DNA from: Lama glama
Lineage: Eukaryota
Assembly (NCBI GenBank): GCA_028534125.1
Contig: CM052823.1
Span: 81,220,001 to 81,284,000, forward strand
Length of the DNA: 64,000 nt
Reading direction: 5' to 3'
In this document: one piece after another, positions 26,420 to 37,685 of the stretch
Position numbering within the stretch: the stretch's first letter is position 1
Layout of the letters: each line of letters starts with the position of its first letter
Notes under the pieces: generated by a model
What the model was told of the DNA's origin: nothing
Databases searched by the model: none
What the model saw: the letters and a program-made list of their open reading frames with translations, nothing else
Made by a program: the position numbers and the translations under genes

Positions 26420-27027
26420 CTTCATTTCATCAATTGGAAGGCACGTGTTTCTTCATGTTTGAAATCAGAACATGTCTTAGCAATGCTGCAGGCTAGGCCA
26501 TGGTTGTAAGATTGATCAGAAGTGCTCGTATTATCATCAACTGAGTTAACTGCACTGTTGAGACTAGATGAGTCAAGGTTAATTGCCAGTTAAAATGTTT
26601 TCCAAAAGACTAACCTATGATTTTCAGACAAAAACGTGTGGAGATGGTATGAAGGCATCCATGGGATGTTTGTCTTAGGAGAGATGACCACCGTCCCATA
26701 ATTTCTTACAAAGTAACAAACAGGCATTTGATGGAGTGATCATTGCAATATATGAAGTCACGCTTTACTGATAGACGTGCAAAAGGATTGTCCATCACAC
26801 TCTAAGCAAAGCTACTGACAGTAGGAGAAACTGCCAAATCCTTAAAATAGATGAAAGAAATCTCAAAGCAACCAGAGGCTACTGTGAGCAATTCATGCCT
26901 TCCCCAGGCCTGTCATTAAGGTTTCGTGTCACAGTTTAATTTGTAGCTTTCTTTTTCCTTTTTCCGTGCTGTATAACACAATGATATATCATATCATCCA
27001 TGGCACATTGTATTCAATGAAGCACTG
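26420..27027 (+). mobile_element. Tc1/mariner Tc2-group (Kanga-like) DNA transposon fossil with a transposase remnant
   Basis: TA-flanked degenerate TIRs (cttcatttcatcaatt ... attcaatgaagcactg). Internal 26776-26927 translates RAKGLSITL*AKLLTVGETAKSLK/IDERNLKATRGYCEQFMPSPGLSLRFR, a CENP-B/pogo-type HTH. Confidence 0.75.
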
Positions 27028-27379
27028 TAATAAACAAGGAAGCAAAGCATAAAATCATTCCAGTTCCCAAAAATGTTACGAAACAATAAGCTGGACACTG
27101 TCATAGGGAGTAACAGTACAACCTAATTTATACAGACAGGCAAGAAACGCCTCCCTGAGGAGGCAAAGTCAAGAAGAAGCCAGCCCTGCAAAGAGCCAGC
27201 AAAATATTCTAGGCAAGGGGAACCACTAGTGCAAAGACCCTGAGGTGGGAAAGAGTGTGTGTGTTCTGGGAGGATTTTATCACTGGTTAAAGTCCAGGCC
27301 TGCTTAGAAGCTCACAACAACATCATGAGACCACAAACCAGCCCAGCATGCTGCTAATCGGCACACAGCAAACATTACA

Positions 27380-27707
27380 CGGTAGTTCCCCCTTATCTGT
27401 GGTTTCACTTTCCTCGGTGTCAGTCAACCGTGGTCAACTACCATCTGAAAATATTAAATGGAAAATTCCAGAAATAAATAATTCATACATTTTCAGCTGC
27501 ACACTGTTCTGAGCCGCATGTTGCAGTCTTGCACCCGCCCACTCCATCCTGCCCAGGATGTGAATAATCGCCTTGCCCAGCACATCCGCACTGCATGTGC
27601 TATCTGCCCATTAGAATAGGAGAAATCACCGTACATATGGGGTCTGGTACTGGCCACGGTTTCTGGGGGTCTTGGAACACATGCCCCGTGGGGAAAGGGA
27701 ACCAACC
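27380..27707 (+). mobile_element. MER44A-like (Tigger family) DNA transposon
   Basis: cggtagttcccccttatctgtggtttcactttcc...gaaaatattaaatggaaaattccagaaataaataattcata...ctgggggtcttggaaca.atgccccgtgg. Confidence 0.85.
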
Positions 27708-28430
27708 ACTCTAACAAAAACAATTTGGAAATTTTAAAAATATTTATGACGCTTCATCCTAGTAAACATATGGAGTCTAATACAGTCTAATTATTCTGGC
27801 GAAGGCAATGCCCATTGTCATCACCACCCACAAAGAAATTCAGTCGTAAATAACCGTGAGGGAAAAAGTGAAAACCCAGTTCAGATGAGGCGGAAAAGTG
27901 AAAACCGCCTTTTTAGCTGGAGTGTTTTATTCTCCTCTGCCTGTATCCTAGTGTCCTTCACAACCATACATTTTGCAGAAATGCCAAAAAAGTCCTTAAA
28001 ATCAATGGATGGTCTGGATCAGGAGACTTAGTTTAGAAGCAAATTAACCTCATAAGTAAACCAGTCAATCTCCCTTAGCAAACTGGCCTGCTCTATCAGT
28101 TTACTTACTTGCAGACACCTAGACTGCCCCTCCAGGACTCGCTTCTTACGGCTGTTTTCACAACAGCTTAGGACCCTCTTCCCCACCAGAGGCGCTACAG
28201 TTTCTGAAGGAGGTTTCGTTCGTTCTTTATCCTCATACCCTTTCTATGATGCAGGTTCTTCTAAGTTCCACTGACAGACGAGGAAACCGAAGCTGGGGCC
28301 AGGACAAGTGACTTATCCAAGTCCACACAGCTGTCAGAGCAAAGACTAAAAGCCCAGCTCGGGGCTCTTTCACGTCCTTAAGGAGGCCATGTGACCTCCA
28401 AAGTAAGGGGGCCAGAGAAGCTGTTCAAGT

Positions 28431-28615
28431 GGGGTTGCCAGATACAATACAAGATGTCCAAGAAATTTGAATTTCAGGTAAATAATGAATAACTTATAGT
28501 ATAAATATGTCCCAAATACTGAGTGGGACATACTTATACTAAAGAAGTATCTACTGCTCATCTGAAATTCATTTCTGACAGGGTGTCCTGTGCTTGGATT
28601 TGCTAAATCCTGCCA
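28431..28615. mobile_element. MER53 palindromic MITE (hAT)
   Basis: gggttgccagat...gaatttcaggtaaataatgaata..tagtataaatatgtccca / tgggacatacttatacta...tctgaaattc...tttgctaaatcctgcca; arms are inverted repeats. Confidence 0.88.
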
Positions 28616-28716
28616 GTGCAATGGATGTGGCTATTCTTCCTTCTCCCCATTCTCCACCTTCGGACCCTTCTACGTGGTTACTTCTCCTTTTCTCTTCTAG
28701 CCAGATTTCCTCTATA

Positions 28717-29516
28717 TCAAGAACTGTTAACCTAGAGTTCATAGAGCCTCAGGGGGGTCTGCAGATAGAATTCAGGAAGTTCATGACCTCAAATGGCAAA
28801 AATTATCTCTGCACTAACTCGTAATTGGAATTTAACGTTTCTTTTGATTATGAACACAGGCAACCAAGCACAACAGATCACATTACAGTGGTTGTAAGTA
28901 TCTCAGAATATCACTTATGTTCACAACCACTTCAAAATTACAGTCGTTATTAGATTGGCTGCTGGATCTTATTTAGTGCTTGATGCAATTTGGATTCCCC
29001 AGGAAGAAGACGGAGAGACAGTGTTCAGCATTCAGGGGTTTATTAAGGAGGGCCTTTGAGATCCACAGCTGTGTAAGGGAGAGGAAATAAGTAGGAGGGG
29101 ACAAAGGGGCAGTCAAGCTTCAGTGCAAACCCAGCAGCTTCAGTCAACCCCATGGCCAGCTCTGGACGTGAAGTGAACTGTCAGCATCACTCCACATCGG
29201 GCTGAGATGACTAGGCCTTTTACTCTCAGCTCCATCGTCACTGGCTGCGGGCATGACCTTGGGCAAGGCTGCTCTCTGTGGATCAGTCAGACACTGAAGA
29301 CCTGGCCACTGAAGACCAAATACTGACAGCACTCCCCACACCCAGGGCAGCACACCCTTCCTAGAAGGACATTTGGGTAGTGCATTGCCATGACTGCCTG
29401 GATGAAGGAACTGTATGTGCATGTCACCGGTTTCCTTTGTAAACATAAGTATTTTATGTCATGCATTTGAAATCAGTTCCTAGGCTCCATCAGGACAAAA
29501 TGGTTTAGAACCCCTG
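28717..29516. mobile_element. hAT-Charlie MER113-like DNA transposon, split by an LTR insertion
   Basis: Left part: actgttaacctagagttcatagag...gatagaattcagg...atcacattacagtggttg...acttcaaaattacagtcgttattag. Right part: ggtttcctttgtaa...atgcatttgaaa...caaaatggtttagaacccctg. Confidence 0.7.
28985..29400 (-). mobile_element. ERVL LTR16A-like solo LTR nested in a MER113-like element
   Basis: ttggattccccaggaagaagac...tttattaaggag...tcagtcaaccccatggccagctctgga...catgaccttgggcaaggctgctctct...cagcactccc. Confidence 0.75.
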
Positions 29517-32499
29517 CACTCTTCTCTATCTGCACCCCTTCTCCTCCTCATTCCTAGCCCATCACAGCACCATGGTAACCACCACCACAAACCCCCAAAC
29601 ACTCTTCTTCAAACCTATTCCTCAAACCCATCAAGACCAGAGGAGGCACAAGAAGGTCATCTCCTTCCTAATCATGTTGCCTAAATCTTTATCTTACTTC
29701 CGGGCTTTTATACCTGTTTCTGCTTTTACCTCTTTTCCACCTACATCCACCCCACCCCATCCTCTGCCTGTGCCTAATTTTGAAACCTCCTTCAGGTCTC
29801 TGCTCCCTGCAGGAAGCGTCCACTGACTCCCCCAAATGTGGACAGGCCCCACTGTGAGCCCACACCCCTTCCCATGCTCCCTTCTCTGAGCGCCTCCCAC
29901 ACCATGCTGGTGGCCTGTTGCCTTCTCTGCCTGCTCCACTGACAGGACGGGGATGCTCCCATCACTGTCGTACGCCCAAGCCGGGCACAGCGCAGGCACG
30001 TCACGAGTCTTTACAGGAAGAGAAGAGGAAAGGAGATGGGGACAGAGGTGGGGAGGAAATCTGTCCAGCTGTGTCAGTCTCAATCCTATCTCAGCATCAA
30101 GGATTCTGGCTACTCTGCCCCTCTTTTCAGTCCGCACCCTGGCTTTCCTCCGGGTGTTCGCACGGAGCTGTATGTTTACTGTTCTCACAGAGGCACAGAC
30201 TGCTCCACGCTGGGCCATCAACTCCATGTGCTCTTCTTAACCAGCATGTTTCACAGAGAGCGATCTAGCCTCCCTGGCTGGTGATAACCAGTAGTGAAAT
30301 GGCCAAAAAAGCATCAGGAGAGAAATAAGGAGCTAGAAAATTCCCAGCTAATTCACCAACTCAGTCATCATCTCTGAACAGACTGACTCGGCTGCACTCC
30401 AAGGAGCGGCACCCACTCAGGTCAAAGGGCACCGCTGGGTGGAAACTCGCTTCTCAGGGCTCCCACTGGAACCAGACAGGCCTGTTCTCCCACTGACTGG
30501 CCACAGGACACTGAGCAAGGCTCTGCGCCTCCATTCCTCCGTCTGCTAAAGCGAGGTGCTATGCCGCCATGCAAGGCTGTCGGGGGACTGATTGGAATTA
30601 CTTTGCCAAGAGCCTGGCTCCTGGAGGCCCTCACTGATGGGCGGTTCATCATCTCTGTCTTCCAACCCGACTCGGCCTCATAAGACAGCACAGACATGCC
30701 GCACGGAGGACAGGCACGTTCTCCTTGACTCACAACCCTCTGCAGCTTCCTAACCAGAGGCCTTGCTGGCACCACTAATTTTCCTCTCAGCCAAATAACC
30801 AGCCAGCCAAGCAGCACAGAGACATGCCCACAGTGTGTGAGCACCAGCCCAAGCTGAGAAATATTTGGGGAGCAGAACCCGAGCCTCCCTTTAAACCATC
30901 GTTGCACATGCTTCCCCAGCCACCGCCCACGCGTCCTCTGTGGCTCAGGCAGGCTTTCCCACAGCAGAGAGAACAGCTTTCATAAAAAAGATATGGTCTC
31001 CCTCCAAGCAGCATTCTCACAGAGAAGGACAAATGTCCCACACGTTTTCCAGAATCTCCTCACTGTCCCAACTGTAGAAAAACTCACGTTAGCTTCTTTA
31101 ATCCACAAATATACAAATAATAGAAAATTGAACCCTCCTTATGCCAGGCACTGTGCTAAAGACGTTCGCCAAAATTCTTATTTAATATAAAGTACTATTA
31201 TAAGGCCGTAAGCACTAACCTTGTCTGTCTTATTTCTTGTTTTGTTCATGGTATCTAACCTAGCATATAATAAGTTCTGAAAGAAAGAGAGGAAGAGAGT
31301 GAGGAAAGAAAGGAAGGAAGGGAGGAAGGAAGGAAGAAAGAGAAAGTAAAGGATGTGTGTGTGTGTATGAATGAATCAGTGACTGAAGGGGGGTACTAAT
31401 AAAATGCCGAGCATATAGTTGGCCCTCAACAAATGGTAGCTTTTCCCACTGTTCTTCTGTTTTCCTTCTTGACTCAGGTAATTCCGAATGCCTCAGCAGG
31501 GCATCTGGACACACCCTACAGACCCAAGGCTCCTGCCCACTCTGGCGCTGGCCCTCAGTTCACAGATGAGGACGCTGAGGCTGTGAGGAGGTTGCGTGAC
31601 TTGCCAAAGGCCACAAGGTCCCTGGCTGACCAGGCCTGGAACGCTCTCCCCCTCACTAGAAACCTCAAAGTCTTTAGCAATGACTTTGCCAAGGGTAACC
31701 GTAGGACAAATGGGTGCCCTTGTCTGTGCTGTCTAGTCCAGTCTCTGAGGACCTGCACCAGGCCGGTCCAAACTCAGAGGCCCAGAGGCAGCTGCCCTGA
31801 AACAGAGTGACGCACGGCCAACAACGCTGCAGGTGCAGCCGACGAGGACGACACTGAGGACACTTCCCTCCAGGTACACTCTAGCATACAAAGTGCTGAC
31901 ACACAACATCTCATTCCAGCATCTCAATAACCGTACCTGGGAGGCATTAGTATGTGTATTTTACAGAGGAGAAGACTGGGGCTCAAACAGGGGAAGAGAT
32001 TTCCCAAGGTCACTCAATTAATGCCTGTAAGAATCAAAATGAGAATACATGAAACAGTGTAACATATGAATTAGATGATCATCCACATTTGTGTACAAAT
32101 CTGGCAGGTTTCCAGCTGAGGCTTTCCAGCTGTTGATCCAACTCAAAGGTAGCCTTCAGTTCTCTCCCCCGATTCCTCCTTTGTCCCTGGGAAGGGAGAC
32201 TGGTAAAAGGAGAGTAGCTCAATCTTCATTAAATGCAACGCTTTGACCCCAGGAAGTACAGACAGTAACTCATTCCATGGCATCTCCCGTGGGGTTTCCA
32301 GTGATGTTGTCAGATGCTGCAGGGACATGATCCATAAATACCACACCTCAAGGGTTAGGCCCCTGGAGGGTTCTCCTAGGTAGGATTGACTTGAGGCAGG
32401 GGGGACCCATTGTGTCCACAAGGGAACCCCATAGTTGGTTTGCACCAGTAAGAGCAAACTGGAGCTAACAGACAACTGACAACATGTATTAGGGCTCTT

Positions 32500-32990
32500 T
32501 TAAAAGCTCAGGTCACTTAGCCTAGTAATTCCACTTCTAGGAATTCGGTCAAAAAAGTATTTATCTGGGATGTAGAAAGAGGTCCATGAATAGGACTGCA
32601 TCACAGTATTGTTTACATCTGGAAGGAAAAAAGTGGATAAAATTATAACAGTAGACGATTGGCCAAGTAATTCTGATACAACTACACACTGAAATTCTCT
32701 GTAGCTGTGAAAGCCAATTATTGATGTCGTAGGAAATGTCTAAGACAAAACATTAAGTAATAAAATCGGGATTCTAAATAAGAAATACATATATACTTAT
32801 ATATACATACTTTTCCATATATATGGAATATACATATATATACACACACACACATACACACATGCAGCACATTTCTCATTTTAAAAACTAGAAAGAAACC
32901 ATAATCCAATGGTTATCTTTAATTGTCAGATTACAAGTCATTTTAGTTATTTTTCTTTGTACTTCTGGTGTTTCTCTATTTTTTAAGTTT
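32500..32990 (+). mobile_element. Ancient L1 (L1ME-like) 3' fragment with an internal TA/CA-rich tract
   Basis: ttagcctagtaattccacttctaggaatt...catcacagtattgtttaca...aaccataatccaatggttatct. Confidence 0.65.
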
Positions 32991-35142
32991 TTTTTAAAAA
33001 AAAGAGTTTGGCTTTTGGTTTATTTTGCTTTTTTTTAAGAGAGAAAAGTCCATTCAAGTCATTGGTAGGGATAGATGTGAAAAACGAGGACTGAGCCTTT
33101 AAGCCAGAAGTGTAAGGAAGGAAAGTGAATGACCCAAGGAGGCTGAGCCAACCACACTGCTTAGAAAACCCACAGGGATCAAAGGCCATGGGTGGCTTCT
33201 CTGGATCTAACAGTCTTTCAAAGAGGCAGATGGACTCTTGGACCTGCCCCATCCTGTCTTAAAGTGGCCTGGTGATGGAGTTGGAGCCTTGGCACGTAGA
33301 TGTACATAGCCTGGGGTCAGGTACCAAACAACCTGAGCATCCTCTGCATGGTGTACAAGGTGGAGGGTAGGGAAGAAAGGTGAAGTCATGGTCTCTGTCC
33401 CCAAGGTGCTTACAGTCAACGGGAAGCAGTGAGACGGCCACAAAGAGAGGACCTGGCACAGGAAGGCTCATTCGGCAAACATCTTCCAGACCCTAGGGCA
33501 AAAGTTCCATCTTTTGCCTCCATTAAACTACACAAAACAAAGTACAACCACCAAAAAAAAAGGTCCCCCAAAAAGTACATAGAAAAGGAAACACTGAGGA
33601 ACACAGAAAAACAAAAAACTCCAAAATGATGACTGTTTCACCCCAAAGGACACCTGACCTTTCTGAAGCATCCTGCAGGCGTCCAATTTTCTCAGCCCAC
33701 AGCCCCCAGATTCCACTTGGCACCGTCTGGAAACAAGGGATACATTCAATGGAAGCTTAGCAGATTCAGATTCCCCTGCAATCCCACATCCCTTTCTGCC
33801 AAGAAGCTGTTTCAAAAGATGACACTCCCTTGATGTGAATTTGCAGCCTGCCCCATTAACAAGGCTTCCCTCAGAAAATGTTTTTAGATCAACCCTGTTC
33901 CAGACACTTGCTCCCAAGGACAAACTAGAAGAAACTCTGCACCAGCTCAAACCTTTTGGAGCTCTTTGATGATCAGAAATGAGGGAAAATATTAAAAGGA
34001 ATGTGATTAATCCAAATATTCTCAACAACCTTCAAAGCAAACCATTCCTCTTTACTCCAGGAAGCACAGCTCGAGCAGAGCCAGCCCCTTTGGCCCTAAT
34101 TCCTATTAGCCAAGCGAACCCCTTAAAAACAAACAGATCTCAGAACAATGCGGGGAAATTGAAGGTGAGGGAAGGAAAAGGGAAGAGGAAGCAGGTACAT
34201 GAAAGAAGGGGAAGGCGGATTGGAAAACAAGCGGCAATTAGCATGCATCTCATTTTACCAAAAAAAAAAAAGAAAAAAGGATCAGGGGCTCAAATGGCAG
34301 AGCCCCCTCAAAGAAGCCCCCTGAGTTCACTCTTGTGCAACAGAGAAGTCTGGAGAGACGGGGGCAGCCAGCAGCCATGTCCTGTCCCCCACTCGCAAAG
34401 GGCCAAGCACCACCCTCACCACATGCAACTGTGCTTCTCTCAGAGGTGGAAGGAGGGGCGTTGCCGTTTCCAAACCTCAGAGCCACTTGCTCTCAGATAA
34501 ACAAACATCTCCGCAGCGCCTTGCCAGCTTCGCCCAGCCGGAAAGTCATAATGCTGAATTAGTAGCATTTCAATCACTTCTGTGACAGGCTGGTGACAGG
34601 CTGGGATACGAGGCGTGGAACACTCAGATGTTGTTACAGGAAAGAGGCATGAGGACAGAATAATAACAGAGTGGTACAGTGATCATCATCCCCAGAATAG
34701 CCCACGTTTACAGAACACGTATCATTGCCAGGATGACAAAATAAGCAGGTGCACCTGCTCGCAGTCAGACAGACCTGAGACGGAAGGCGGAAGGCCAGCT
34801 CCTCTGTTTCTACCGCTGTGACCCTGAGCAACTTCCTTGCCCTTTCTGAGCCTCGGTTTTCCATGACTAAACGGTGGATAATGGTCTCTATTGCATAAGA
34901 CTGTTTGCAGGTTTGAATGTGTGTCGGGCACCTGCACAACATGAGAAATACACTCAGTGTAGTAGTGCTGGGATTTTACGCAGTATTTTCTATGATCTCA
35001 ACTAGTGCTATTTCATGCTGCCTTTACCACATATAGGAAGGAGAGCTTTAATCCTACTTGGCTGGAAGTAAAACAGAGACCCGGGAAAGCTAAACGTCTT
35101 CCCCAGGTTAAGATTAAGAAGTGAGCAGGGAAATAAGGGCTG

Positions 35143-35569
35143 TGTGTTACTTTCTCATTGCTTCGGTAACAGATTACTTACTACAAATGTAATGACTTAA
35201 AACAACACAAGTTATCACCTTACAATTGTGGAAGTCAGAAGTCCTAAAACCATGATGTCAGCAGGGCTGTGTTTTTTCTAAAGGCTCTGAAGAGATAATC
35301 CATTTCCTTGCCTTTTCTGGTTTCTAGAGGCTGCCTGCTGTGCTTGGTTCATGGCCCCTTCTGACATTCACAAAGCCAGCAGCCTCTCTAAGGACCCAGG
35401 TGATTCCACTCAGCGCATTCAGAATAGTCCAAGATTATCTCCCATCTCAAGATCTTTCACCTAATCACATCTACAAAGTCCCTTTTGCCAGACAAGTGAG
35501 GATATTCGCAGATTCTGGAGATCAGGATGTGGACAACTCTGGGGAAGGGTCACTGTTCAGCCTAACACA
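35143..35569 (-). mobile_element. MaLR solo LTR (MLT1C/D-like)
   Basis: tgtgttactttctcattgct..gtaacagattac...gacttaaaacaacaca...gtcagaagtcc...ttctagaggctgcctgc...atctcccatctcaagatc...aatcacatctacaaagtcccttttgcca...ttcagcctaacaca (TG...CA ends). Confidence 0.85.
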
Positions 35570-35669
35570 GACCGAATCTTGTTCTGCAGAATCTAACCAT
35601 TTGGGTCTGGTTGTGGTTTTGTTTTTGTTTTGTTGTAAACTCATTTATTTATTTAGCAAATACTTTGTA

Positions 35670-36387
35670 CAAGGCAAATTTATTACCATGCCTGGTAATT
35701 TTTGATTAGATAATACAGTATGAATTTTACTGTCAGTGCTGAACAGTCTTGTGTTAAACATTCTTTAGATTTTTTCTGGGATGCAACTAAACCACTTTAG
35801 AACAGCTTAATCTTTTTAAGGCTTCCTTTAAAACTTTGTTGGGTGGGACCAGAGCAGCCTTTAGTCTAGGGCTAATGTGCCCTACTCTGGAAGTGATAAC
35901 ATTCTGAGTAATCTAGCCGATGCTTTATGCTTATGAGGCTTTCTCACTCTGCTGGTGGGAACACACTCTTCCCAGCCCCGTGTGAGTTACTGCCCTCGCT
36001 CCTTTCTGCTCCTTCCTTCCCCAGCCTCAGGTAGATTCCTCACATGCCTGTGCTAATCTCTTTATCAGCTGAAGACTAGGGGAGACTCTCTGCAGATCTC
36101 TGGAGCACTCTCCTCTCTAGCACCCTTCTAAACTCAAGCTGCCTTGGAATTCAACTCCCAAATCTGCCCCCTCCACTAGGAGGGGCCTGTGGGCTGGAAA
36201 CTCTCCAGGTTACAAACCGGGGCAGTGGTAACGCCCTCCTCCTTCACTTCCCCTCTCAAGTTCACATCCTGTGCCGCTTACAGCCCGGTGTTTGAAAACT
36301 GTTCTTTCATATATTTTGTCCGGTTATTTAGGGTGATAATATCAATCTGAATTCTCTTATTTTATCTTGGCCAGTGGCAGAAGTCCT
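35670..36387 (-). mobile_element. Probable ancient L1M 5'-UTR fragment
   Basis: atgcctggtaatttttgattag...accagagcagcctttagtctagggctaat...tttgaaaactgtt.tttcatatattttgtcc...tcttggccagtggcagaagtc resembles recalled L1M 5' end consensus in antisense. Confidence 0.6.
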
Positions 36388-37437
36388 TTGGTAGACACTT
36401 TTGAGTGCTAGAATTTGACGTGGCTCTCTTAAAAGGATTCAGCCCACCTCCTCCCTGTATTAAGATTCTAAACAACACAGCTTATGTCGTGAATAACTAC
36501 CACATGATGCCAAAATATCCACATCCCACACTATCCATCACCACACTAAGTCTCCCTTCAACACTGTATTTGAGTAGAACGGTTTACTACCTCACCTCAA
36601 CCTTTTACAAAGCAAAGTTCTCCAATGTTTTAAAAATACCTAGTATTTCTTTGGCACGAACTTTGCACCGCACCAGGCCTCTTACCTCTCACCCTTAGAG
36701 TTGTACCCCTCTCTGCATTACATGGTATAGCCCAGTAAGCGAACGATATTCCAACAAATGAACATTGCCATAACATTCCACATCCTCACCCAGGAGGGCC
36801 TCTACCCTCAGCCTCCCAAGGGACAAAATCAAATCCAAGACTCAACACTAAAAATACCTTGCGTTTTTGAAGCAGACCCCTTTGGAAGACTCACAAGGTT
36901 TTAAAAGAGAATTTCCAGGCTGCAAGTGTTGAGAACTGCAGCCTTAGAGAGTTGCAGAGATGTTTGAAGCCCTGCCCACAGTTCCAGGAAACACCCTTTG
37001 TATAACAGCTTCTTTCCCACACAGATGTGAGAATGAGGCTGCGACCCTGGAAACTGAACACAGGAAAAGAGAAACCCCGCTGAAAATATTCTCACACCAG
37101 CATTGGACACAAAAGCCCCCACAGGCTTGATTTGCTGCCACAGTCCAATAAAAGAATAACATGTAAGCATTTCAAAGCTGTTTCGTTGACATTCTCACTT
37201 GATCCTGGCAAGTCCGTAAGTAGGAGAGGCAGGTGGCACGGTTCCCAGCAAAAGACGAGGGAAGTGAGCCTCACCCAAGTTAAGTGATGTGAACAGGTCA
37301 GATGGCTGCTTGGTGGCAGAGTAGGACCTTGAACTTCTGCGGTCCTCTAACTCTAGGTCAAGAACTCTTTCCATTCTGCCCTGCTCTTCTCTTCCTGTAT
37401 CAGAAAACAAGCTGCACATTTCATGAGGACCCTATAC

Positions 37438-37685
37438 CAGGACTTCTCCACCGCAGCGTCTTTGACATTTAAGGCTGGATGCTCCTTTGTTAGAGGTGGG
37501 GCCGGGGGGCTGTCCTATGCATTGCAGGATGTTAAGCAGCCCCCTGGCCTCCTCACACTAGACACCGGTAGCATCCCCAACCCCTACTCTTGACAACCAA
37601 AACTCTCTCTAAATGCTACCATATTGTCAAATGTCCCCAGCGGGGGAGGAAGGGAAGGGGAGACAAAAATCACCCCTCAGTTGAG
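37438..37685 (-). mobile_element. MER20 (hAT-Charlie)
   Basis: ttgacattt..ggctggat...ggggctgtcctatgcattgcaggatgttaagcagc.ccctggcctc...tgacaaccaaaa...ttgtcaaatgtcccc. Confidence 0.85.

Noticed and set aside
27888-27915. GC stem plus T-run resembling a bacterial intrinsic terminator
   Set aside because: Mammalian intronic context with no prokaryotic sequence nearby; coincidental.
33979-34500. 173-aa basic ORF with a poly-Lys stretch
   Set aside because: The Lys run comes from an A-rich tract; no domain or splice support.
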